From Chiloscyllium plagiosum (taxonomy: Eukaryota), in assembly GCF_004010195.1 (NCBI RefSeq), contig NC_057718.1, positions 75,442,801-75,462,800 of the forward strand: DNA of 20,000 bases, in the 5' to 3' direction. Positions 1-8,956 of the stretch are shown in pieces. The position numbers and the translations under genes are program-made. Positions within the stretch are counted from its first letter, which is position 1. Every line of letters begins with the position of its first letter. Below the pieces are notes generated by a model. The model was not told the DNA's origin. It ran no database searches and saw only the letters and a list, made by a program, of their open reading frames with translations.

Positions 1-439
1 TCAGGCCATTGAATATACAAGTTGGGAAGTTATGTTGTACAGGCTACACTTGGAATATTGTGTTCAGTTTTAGTCAACTTGTTATAGGAAGGATGTTATT
101 AAACTGGAAAGAGTACAGAAGAAATTTACAAGGATGTTGTAAGGACTAGAGGGCATTAGTTTAAGGTGAGAGGGGAAAGAGTAAAGGGGAACCTGAGGGG
201 CAACTTTTTTTAACACAAAAGGTGATATGAATATGGATTGAGCTGCCAGAGGAAGTAGTTGAAGTGGGTACATTAACAACATTTAAAAGGCATTTGGGCA
301 AATACATGGATAAGAGAGGTTTAGAAGGATATGGGTCAATTGCAGGGAAATGGGGTTAGCATGGATGGACATTTTGGCCAGCATGGCCCAGTTTGGACTG
401 AACAGCCTGTCTCTGTGCTGTAGGACTCTATGATTCTAT
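1..439 (+). mobile_element. CR1-clade LINE, degenerate 3' end (end of ORF2, 3' UTR and tail)
   Basis: Decayed ORF2 C-terminal motifs (ttggaatattgtgttcagttt = LEYCVQF; gagctgccagaggaagtagtt = ELPEEVV). Ends in the tail gactctatgattctat at ~424-439. Similar to the CR1 copies at 9162-9875 and 17951-20000. Confidence 0.85.
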
Positions 440-551
440 TACAACCTCAAAACTAAGGCCCTAGTCATCAGCTCATTGTATCAGCTTGATGCCAAACTAA
501 AGGGCATCAAAACTACTCTGCACAATAATGACTACCCTGATCAAGTTTGGT

Positions 552-1687
552 GTTTTGCATTTCTTGCGGTTGCAGGGGACGGTGCCGGGAGTGGAGGTTG
601 GGTTGGTGGGGGGTGTGGACCTGACGAGGGAGTCACAGAGGGAGTGGTCTTTTTGGAACGCTGATAGGGGAGGGGAGGGAAATATATCCCTGTTGGTGGG
701 GTCCGTTTGGAGGTGGCGGAAATGACGGCGGATGATACGCTGTATATGGAGGTTGGTGGGGTGGTAGGTGAGGACCAGTGGGGTTCTGTCCTGGTGGCGG
801 TTGGAGGGGCGGGGCTCAAGGGCGGAGGAGCGGGAAGTGGAGGAGATGCGGTGGAGGGCATCGTCGACCACATCTGGGGGGAAATTGCAGTCTTTGAAGA
901 AGGAGGCCATCTGGGTTGTACGGTTTTGAAACTGGCCCTCCTGGGAGCAGATGCGGCGGAGACGAAGGAATTGGGAATATGGGATGGCGTTTTTACAGGG
1001 GGCAGTGTGGGAGGAGGTATAGTCTAGGTAGCTGTGGGAGTCGGTCGGTTTATAGTAAATGTCCGTGTTGATTCGGTCACCCGAGATAGGAATGGAAAGG
1101 TCTAGGAAGGGGAGGGAGGAGTCTGAGACGGTCCAGGTGAATTTGAGGTCGGGGTGGAAGGTGTTGGTAAAGTGGATGAATTGTTCAACCTCCTTGTGGG
1201 AGCACGAGGCAGCGCCGATACAGTCATCGATGTAGCGGAGGAAATGGTGGGGGCTGGTGCCAGTATAGCTGCGGAAGATGGACTGTTCCACATATCCTAC
1301 GAAGAGGCAGGCATAGCTGGGGCCCATGCGGGTGCCCATGGCTACTCCTTTGGTTTGGAGGAAGTGGGAGGATTGGAAAGAGAAGTTGTTCAGGGTGAGG
1401 ACCAGTTCAGTCAGTCGAAGGAGGGTGTCAGTGGAAGGGTACTGGTTGGTACGGCGGGAAAGGAAGAAGCAGAGGGCTTTGAGTCCTTCGTGATGGGGGA
1501 TGGAGGTGTACAGGGACTGGATGTCCATGGTGAAGATAAGGTCCCCACCACCAGGGATATATTCCCCTCCCCTATCAGCGTTCCGAAAAGACCACTCCCT
1601 CCGTGACTCCCTTGTCAGATCCAAACCCCCCACCAACCCAACCTCCACTCCCGGCACCGTCCCCTGCAACCCCAAGAAATGCAAAAC
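552..1687. repeat. Inverted repeat, arms 552-701 and 1543-1687
   Basis: Manual alignment of the reverse complement of 552-701 against 1543-1687 shows 7 substitutions and one 5-nt indel. Confidence 0.93.
554..1542 (-). pseudogene. PLE reverse transcriptase coding segment (open frame, but the inverted fragment of a truncated element)
   Basis: Core of ORF 497..1777(-): DLIFTMDIQSLYTSIPH...GVAMGTRMGPSYACLF...FLRYIDD...PCNRKKCK. The N-terminal ~78 aa of that ORF are antisense read-through across the inversion junction. Confidence 0.88.
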
Positions 1688-1983
1688 TTGCGCCCACAGC
1701 TCCCCCCTTACTTCCCTCCAAGGCCCCAAGGGATCCTTCCGTATCTGCCACAGATTCACCTGCACCTCCACACACATCTCTATTGCATCCGCTGCACCCG
1801 ATGTGGCCTCCTCTATATTGGGGAGACAGGCCGCCTACTTGCAGAACGTTTCAGAGAACACCTCTGGGACACCCGGACCAACCAACCCAACCACCCCGTG
1901 GCTCAACACTTCAACTCCCCCTCCCACTCCACCAAGGACATGCAGGTCCCTGGACTCCTCCATCGCCAGACCATAGCAAAACG
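1543..1983 (+). pseudogene. PLE linker (CxxxxCxxC) and GIY-YIG endonuclease coding segment, frameshifted
   Basis: ORF 1500..1976 gives PCNPKKCKTCAH...FTCTSTH. The frame then shifts to ORF 1679..2104: YCIRCTRCGLLYIGETGR...RFREH...HPVAQHFNSPSHS. Confidence 0.88.
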
Positions 1984-2189
1984 NNNNNNNNNNNNNNNNN
2001 NNNNNNNNNNNNNNNNNNNNNNNNNNNNNNNNNNNNNNNNNNNNNNNNNNNNNNNCCTGACCTCTCCGCCCCCACCCCACTCCGGCCTATCACCCTCACC
2101 TTGACCTCCTTCCACCTATCGCATTTCCAAGTCCCCTCCCCCAAGTCCCTCCACCCTACCTTTTATCTTAGCCTGCTGGACACACTTTC

Positions 2190-2230
2190 CTCATTCCTGA
2201 AGAAGGGCTTATGCCCGAAACGTCAATTCT
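2190..2230 (+). ncRNA. Minimal type I hammerhead ribozyme motif in the PLE 3' region
   Basis: CTGAAGA (2197-2203), A, stem II GGGC-TTAT-GCCC (2205-2216), GAAA (2217-2220), CGTC. This matches the CUGANGA...GAAA...UH core known from PLE pseudo-LTRs. Stem I is weak. Confidence 0.75.
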
Positions 2231-3728
2231 CCTGTTCCTTGGATGCTGCCTGACCTGCTGCGCTTTTCCAGCAACACATTTTCAGCTCTGATCTCCAGCA
2301 TCTGCAGTCCTCACTTTCTCCTCCAAGTTTGGTGTATTCCATGCCAACTAATGGAATGGCCTTATGGTTGTATATTTGACCCTAAAATATACACAGCTGA
2401 TCTCAAACTATGTTGGAAGGCAAAATGTTTCAAAACTTTGGCAATATGTGAAACTGGCTGTTTCAGAATGTTACTTCATGGTATACAAACAAGTGGTATT
2501 CTCCATGAAGAGGATGCAGCCATCAAGCCAAAATAATACTGCACAAATGAATAATGTAGCTGGAGTTTCAGTCCCAAATAATGCTAGATATGGAGGTTGT
2601 ACATCCAAAAGTCTGGCAGCTTGTGCTTGAAAAATACAGGACATAGAGTCCAACTAACATTCAATCTGATCCCACTATTGGACAGCATTTATGTAATAAT
2701 CCTTACTGTACTAAGAATAATACCAGACATAAGTTTAAGATCATCAATCAGAGTTGCATATGATTCACTTGCATGTCTTTGTGGTCAGGTAACCAGCAGC
2801 ATGAGTGGTTAACAGCTATAATCAAGTATGCTGGGGATTTTGGTCAATCTAATTTTATCTCTAACCTTGGTTCACACAGGACCCGCAATTTCCTGAGTTG
2901 ACCAAATAAGGCGTGTCACGTAACTAGCTGGACAATACCAGCACTATACTACCTTATATAGAGCATGGAATGTGGCTATTTACTTTTTGAGAGATTTTTA
3001 CCATAAAACTCCATTGTCTGGGATCGAACAATATGATCAGGATTTCACCAATTTATTGACTGAATGCCAGAGCACTTTCTGGAAACCGAACACATTTTTT
3101 GAGATAAAAGTTAACAGAACCAAGGATTTTCTGGGAAGGCCTTTCAAAGCAACATTTGCAAATCTTACAAGATGTGAAGTTATCTTCAGAGAAGACAAAG
3201 AACCATGAGGTGAGACCTACATGAAAAGCAAAGTTAGCCACTTCACTTGAATTGGAGTACTATTTTATTCAAGCCAAACTTCTAGACTTAGAGTTAGGGT
3301 TAAATGTGAATTAAGCAAAGTGAAGTCAAATGAAGTGAGTTAGAGTTAAAATAAAGTTGGATGAAGTAAGAAGTAGATGGTGCAACAAATGTATGTTTTA
3401 CATTGAGAGCTGTGCCTTAAAGAGTTAAAATAAAGGAAGGTTTGTTTAATGAAATTCTGAATTGATTCCCTGCCTTTTGCCTGTCATGCAAGGGAAGAAT
3501 ACTTGCATAAAAGATTTAAGTACTCCTTGTGGGACAACAGATAAAGAAGTCACTTTAACTTGCACCAAAGTTCAATTCACCGGCCTTGTATGATAGAGGC
3601 GGATTGATCAGTAATTGGAAATTTATCAGGTGATTGCTGAGTGTGACAAACAAATGGTAAAATTTGTGAAGTGAATCTGGTTGCTTCTCATATGCCTTAG
3701 AAGACGTGTAAAATGTTAAGAGTAAGGA

Positions 3729-6596
3729 ATGGCAGATTGCCAAGAATGGGAAGAGATACTAAGAAAGTTCCTCAATGAGAAGTGGCCCAAATGGACTCAG
3801 CATTGCACTAAGTAAATACCGGATCTGGGAGCCACAGGGCAGAAATGTTGGAACAAGCATGCAGGAAGGATAGCAGGCTTCTCAGTTTAATAAGGGTACA
3901 GTAATAGTCATTTGCTTGGAGCAGTTAAGGGGAAAAGAGTTAGAAATGACAAAACTAAGAAAAATGAATAAAAGTGAGGTGTTTTGTGAGGAAAATGACG
4001 AATAACAAGAAGAGATGGAAAGGTGATGTGGAAAATGGTAGAACAGTAGCAAAAGAGTCAAATAAATGTCTTGCACATGCGCCAGTTTCAAACCTGCTGT
4101 GAGAAGCCTTACCAAGAAGTATAGAATGCAAACTGTGAATGAGATGCAGCCAAACGGGTTGTGAATAAACTGAATGAAAAATGAATTTGCAGACTGCTAT
4201 TTAAGTTCGATATCAAGTAGGCAGAGAAAGTAGAAAACCTGTGGCTGATCATTCAAAGTACCAGCAGATGATTGACAAATTAAAATCTCAACAGTCGATA
4301 AAAAAAAGACTTATGTTGAGTCTAAGGCAGTTGGTGATTACAAAGTAGAGTGGGGAGAGCAGGCAGAGAATGCCTAGCAGTATGCTGCATGTAGTAAAGA
4401 CTTGGGAGCTCCGCTACTCTTTCTGGAGGTATTGACTCCCTCAGCACACTCAAAACTTGTTCTGCCCGGATGAACCCATGACTGCTCGTCACATGGAAGG
4501 TAAGGACTCACAATCAGTCATGTACACAACCCAGCTTATGGTAGCACAATTGGGGGAAATTGCTAAAAAGACCTCCACGTTTGAACCCACTGCAGATCCT
4601 TATGTGTTTTTTTCAAAGCACTCTTCAGTAAAGACCCTTACTTGGGCTTGACAATAGAAAAGTAAATCAATGCTAGTGTGTATGAGCCCTGTGATTCATT
4701 CTGCTTTACCTACTCCTCAGCATGAAATGGCTAGAAAGCCTGACGATAGGAAGGAAGTTATATTAACTGCGATAGGTTATAAAGAGGGGATCCAGCACAT
4801 GATTTAACATAGGTGTAGACAAATAAAAGGGGAGCATTAGATTGCGTATGCAGGTTGGTTATGGACTTAATTTACTCAAATTTTTGGGGACATGGATCGT
4901 ACTAAGTTAACTGGATGTGATTGTTCTAATTAGTTGAGAAGCTTAGGGCAAAGGGAACTTATTTCCTGTAAAAGGTCCAGTCTAGAGTAATGAAGGAGAT
5001 AGAGGAAGTAGTGGTGGTGTTAATCCTCAAGGTTTCTTGCCTCCATATGCAGTGCCTTTGGGTAGACGTAGATGCCAAGCACAAAGGGACACCACTCCTT
5101 TGGTACAGTGTTATAATTGAGGTTGACTGGGTCACTTTGTTTGGGATTGTAGAGCACCTTACCATTACTGTCAAGGATAGGCACAGGCACATCAGGGACA
5201 AGAATCAGGACAGGGATACAGAGCTCTACCACTAGAGGGACCAGTGCAGCAGGCCCATTCTCTTCAGCATAGGTGTGTAATGCTTGGGGAGATAGTGTAG
5301 GGAGAGCCCTGGGAGAAGGTGAGGTAGGAGGCTGCTTGTTGAATTGCTATGGGATGCAGAGGGTGCTTGCACTACCCTTAACACATCCAGCGATATGTAT
5401 TTATCTTGGCAAAAAAAAAGACAATTGTTTTGAGAAGTTTACTGATCATTTGCAAAAAGGATTTGAAATGGATCCAATTGAGTTTAAGTTGTGCAATGTG
5501 GTTTGTTATCATCTGGCCATATTAGTACAACTTCCCTGAATAGAGAGCATATTTTGGATTCTGATTATATGTGTAGATGTAAATTGTCTTTTGACGTGGC
5601 ACATTGTTGCGTCTGGCAGATGTTTTATGTAAATGAGGCACAAACAGAGTTGTACACAGGAACCTACACATACAGGGTCCAAACAGTCAGGGACTTCTGG
5701 CTAAAACCTACAGAGATGTCCAATGGTTTAGCCATACGAGAGCTAATAGCTAAATGTGCAGGTGCATTTGCAAAGCATAAGCATAACTGTGGTCAGCTAT
5801 CAAGGGAAGTAATTGTAGAAGGTTCTGACCCAAAACCTCAAAATAGACAATAGACAATAGGTGCAGGAGTAGGCCATTCTGCCCTTCGAGCCTGCAACAC
5901 CATTCAATATGATCATGGGTGATCATCCTTAATCAGTATCCTGTTCCTGCCTTATCTCCATAACCCTTGAAGTATGGTTTCCCTAAACGAGCTGAAGGAG
6001 AAGTAGCAAGGGTAATTACAAGTCTGCTCCAATAGGGAACTTTATGACTTGTAGCTTCAACAACTAATTCTCCTATTCAGCCAGTTTGAAAACCAAATGT
6101 TTGTTCGCAACTGATAATTGATTATAGAGAGATAATTTTTTAAAAAATCATTAACTGCCCCACCAGTAGCAACAAATCCTAGAATGTTAATGAAACAAGT
6201 TCCAAAATATTTTACTGTTCTTGCCATTAGCAATAAATTTTGGTCTATTCCTTTAAATCAGAAATGTCAATATAAATTTGCTTTTATTTTTCAAGATCAA
6301 TGTATATGGGACTTGTTCACCCTAAGGGTCCCACAACCCTCCAGCCATCTTCCACCTTAGATTGACCTTTTCATAACCTGGTTGTTTAATCCAGTATGTA
6401 TATGACTGCTTTCTCCAGACTGAAACTAGAGAGGAACATCTCCAATGATTAGATTAATTACTAACCCTCCTCACTTCATGAGGACTTAAATCCTAAGAAT
6501 GTTTAAATTATGAAGTCTCAGCTGGTGTACTTAGGTAACCCACAAGAAGCGCAAAATTGAAAAGAAATGCATTGAATCCCTTGTGCAGTTGCCCCC
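3729..6596 (+). mobile_element. Heavily decayed LTR retroelement / endogenous retrovirus-like gag-pro-RT relic
   Basis: Putative gag start MADCQEWEEILRKFLNEKWPKW at 3729. Decayed CCHC knuckle C-Y-N-*-G-*-L-G-H-F-V-W-D-C at 5109-5150. Protease-end-like EHILDSDYM (~5546). AFAKHKHNCG...PKPQ|QYGFP is split by a CR1 piece. RT motifs NSPIQPV*KP, LIIDYRE, FTVLAISNKFWSIPL, KFAFIF, WTCSP*GSHNPPAIFH, CLIQYVYD (YVDD-derived, 6395-6406) and VYLG. Many stops and frameshifts. Confidence 0.8.
5841..5970 (-). mobile_element. Short CR1/L2-type LINE 3' end inserted into the retroelement pol
   Basis: Tail repeat aatagacaatagacaatag followed by gtgcaggagtaggccattctgcccttcgagcctgc, a typical reverse-complement LINE 3' UTR. 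The pol reading resumes on either side. Confidence 0.75.
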
Positions 6597-7118
6597 ACCT
6601 AGTTGGGCTTCAGCTATTAGGTACCTTTGCATGGTTACATTGTTAATCTCACATACCAGTCCCTTAGCATCTCATTCAGTGTAAACCCAAAATCACGTGC
6701 CTCTGCGTGTCGTCTTGTCAAAAATCCCAACATGGATTCCCCTGGTTCTTGAACTGCCAAATAAAGCTTGCATCTCAGAACTAGAGGAGGCTTGGGGTCG
6801 TAATATTCCTCAACTAAATCCGTCAACCCTTGATAGGTTTTAGCATATGGTGCTTCAGGGAATGTTAGGCTCCTAATGATGGAAAATGCTACTATCTGCA
6901 GGTAGTCAGAAGGATGAATCATTGCTTTTCATCTGGCCTAATATTATTTGGCCAGAAAAAATATTGCAGTTTTTCCACGCCCTTTCTTTGATGGCAGAAG
7001 CAAATGAGTCAAGCTTCTGAAATAAAGGCATGATGCCAGAAATGCTAACCTCAACTCAAAGACAACTACTGCAAGTTGAACTTTCTTCAGAAACATTGCA
7101 GTTTTCTCTCGTTGCCAC
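6597..7118 (-). mobile_element. Gypsy/Ty3 LTR retrotransposon leader and gag fragment with PBS
   Basis: ORF 6635..6922(-): FSIIRSLTFPEAP..KTYQGLTDLVEEYYDPKPP...QEPGES...AEARDFGFTLNEMLRD (retrotransposon gag). PBS-like gtggcaacga (plus strand 7109-7118) lies directly after the LTR terminal CA. Confidence 0.8.
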
Positions 7119-7212
7119 TGAAATGCACAGAGGTCAGTATCCATTCAACAAGTCACCTTTATTTACATGTACACATTACATAGACTCTAACCAACCATGT
7201 TAGTGCCAATTC

Positions 7213-8852
7213 TCTTTTATTTATTTATTTGTTTGTTTGTTTTTCTCTAGAGGTTTTTTTAAATATTTTCTTTTTTTCTCTTTTTTCCCCAGCACCCATG
7301 TTGTGTGTGTGCAGGTGTGAGACACAGTGAAAGACACAAGGCGCACAAATCTTTATTCAATTTCCACCACCAGGAAGACAGGAAACACCCGAGTGGCCAG
7401 TGACAAGCAGTGCCCTTCACATCAAAGGGCAGTGCTGTGTGATCAAAACAGTGAAGGGGAGGGTAGGGACTAAATCAAAATAGAGTTGGAGGGGGAAATA
7501 ATGCACTCCACTCCCTGTGGCATCCACCTCTCCCTGAACAACTCCAGGGTGTTGGTGGACACCGCGTGCTCCTTCTCCAGAGACACCCAGGCTCTTCCCT
7601 AGAGTTTTTTTTCTTCTTTTTTTTCTTTTTTTTGTGTGTGTGCAGGTGTGAGACACAGTGAAAGACACAAGGCGCACAAATCTTTCTTCAGTTTCCACCA
7701 CCAGGAAGAAAGGAAACACCCGAGTGGCCAGTGACAAGCAGTGCCCTTCACATCAAAGGGCAATGCTGTGTGATCAAACAGTGAAGGGGAGGGCAGGGAT
7801 TAAATGAAAATAGAGTTGGAGGGGTCCCTAGAGTTTATTTTTTTTAGAACCTCTGATGCTCCTGTTTATTTTTTTTCTTTTTGTTTTTTCTTTTTTTTTC
7901 CTTGTTTACCCCCACACTACCGCCTAACTGTGGTAGGGCTTATTTTCCCCAGCATCTATGTTGTGTGTGGGCAGGTGTGAGACACAGTGAAAGACACAAG
8001 GTGCATGAATCTTTTTTTTGTAGTGCTTATATTTTCCCCAGCACCCATGGTGTGTGTGTGCAGGTGTGAGACACAGTGAGAGACACACAAGGTGCATGAA
8101 TCTTTATTCAATTCTCCTCCCTACCGGGTGTCCGAAGATCAGGAGCGTGGGACTGAAGTGCAACCAAAAGCACAGGAGGAGGTTTTTAAGAAAATCAAAA
8201 AGGGAGTGCAAACGCCCACACCCAATATAAATGTGGTCCACGGACTCCACAACACCACAGAACAAGCAGTTGGGCTGGGAGTCCGTGAACCACCGCAACC
8301 TGCGGTTGCAGGGGACTGCTGCGTGCAGCACCCTCCACCCTAGGTCCCCGAGAGAAAGGGGGAGGACTCCCGCGTAGAGAGACCTCCACTGGGGATCCCC
8401 ACCGCCCGGTGGCAAATGGGCACGCCAAGGTGTGTCCGGACGGTGGGTGAGGGAGAAGAGGTCGACGGTGTGCAGCAGCAGTCTATACACGGCCCGCCTT
8501 TTTATCCCCTGGAAGGGAACGAAATTAAAATTCTGGAGGCGGCTCAGGTTGTGGGGCACAGGCTCCCGTGGGAAGTACGGGACCTTGGGGCCAATGTGAA
8601 ATTCCGTCCGGGCTGGAGTGAGCGCGGATGGGATCCCACCACACACCTGAGCATCCTCCAACTGGTGCACTACGTCGGGTCCGAGCACCGCCGTTTTAAG
8701 GCATCGGATGGCGGTGGCCACGTACCGGATGTCTACCGCTGCCCTGCTCGCTATGTTCTGCGGCAGCATCCAGCCCAGGCCCCCGGCACCTAACACGTCC
8801 CCGACCCGGGTCACCCTCGCCACCACGGCTCTCCCCTCCGACATCCCTAGAG
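7213..8852 (-). mobile_element. Head-to-tail array of four 5'-truncated Tx1-type (L1 clade) non-LTR retrotransposon copies
   Basis: Four copies of the 3' UTR block tgtgtg(t/g)gcaggtgtgagacacagtga(a/g)agacac...aatcttt (~7303, 7633, 7963, 8052), each with an A-rich tail on the minus strand. Units are ~7253-7596, 7605-7825, 7869-8012 and 8013-8844. C(C/T)CTAGAG occurs at 7245, 7597, 7826 and 8845. Confidence 0.85.
8104..8844 (-). pseudogene. Tx1-type ORF2 C-terminal region with zf-RVT (CCHC) zinc finger, internally deleted
   Basis: WRSLYAGVLP..GDLGWRVLHAAVPCNRRL...CLFCGVVESVDHIYIGC matches the L1/Tx1 C-terminal zinc knuckle. The true C-terminus (RAWVSLEKEHAVSTNTLELFRERWMPQGVECIISPSNSILI*, stop at 7470-7472) is present in the unit at 7253-7596 but absent from this copy. 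Confidence 0.85.
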
Positions 8853-8956
8853 TTTCTTTTTGTCAGCCAGAGCTCCCTGATTGGCTCTGGTTCATAGCTC
8901 CAATCAAGAATCTCATACGCAACAAGATCCATCTGGACCTCATTTTAATTATTACA

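Larger units (their letters stand above)
554..2323 (+). mobile_element. Penelope-like retroelement, 5'-truncated with 5' inversion: RT segment antisense (554-1542), GIY-YIG endonuclease and 3' end sense (1543-2323)
   Basis: Minus-strand RT motifs MDIQSLYTSIPH, GVAMG, RYIDD, LPFLD, YYKPTD. Plus-strand GIY-YIG motif LYCIRCTRCGLLYIGETGRLLAERFREH. Perfect 12-bp TSD caagtttggtgt at 542-553 and 2324-2335. Contains an N gap at 1984-2055. Confidence 0.92.
440..2780 (+). mobile_element. Old degenerate Penelope-like element (RT thumb to GIY-YIG region), interrupted by a younger PLE at 554-2323
   Basis: 440-545 translates NLKTKALVISSLYQLDAKLKGIKTTLHNNDYPDQ (PLE thumb NGYP-like motif). After the insertion, 2336-2780 continues with VKLAVSECY...VVFSMKRMQPSSQ...NARYGGCTSKSL (decayed YxGxT of GIY-YIG) and IGQHL. 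Family assignment is by motif recognition. Confidence 0.65.
7119..8956 (-). repeat. 5' LTR of the Gypsy element, in pieces (about 7119-7212, 7825-7868, 8853-8956), interrupted by a Tx1 array
   Basis: On the minus strand it starts TGTAAT at 8956, has AATAAA (plus tttatt ~7157-7162) and ends ...TTTCA at 7119 next to the PBS. Joining the pieces into one LTR is inference. Confidence 0.6.

Noticed and set aside
497..1777. 426-aa ORF as a functional RT gene
   Set aside because: It is chimeric. The first ~78 codons are antisense read-through across the inversion junction, the RT N-terminus is missing, and the end runs into target DNA.
541..2253. Pro/Gly-rich ORFs (541..873, 707..1027, 1154..1606, 1603..2253 and others)
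   Set aside because: Shadow frames of the C-rich PLE sequence; some are open only because they cross N gaps.
2800..3720. 5' LTR/PBS of the retrovirus-like relic, and the 78-aa ORF at 2972..3208
   Set aside because: The position is suggestive and AATAAA motifs occur, but no second LTR, clear TG...CA ends or PBS could be identified, so it was not called.
7290..8105. Repeated ~60-nt block as a CRISPR array or satellite
   Set aside because: Spacing is irregular, units carry A-rich tails and ORF2 remnants, and the context is eukaryotic. They are LINE 3' UTRs.
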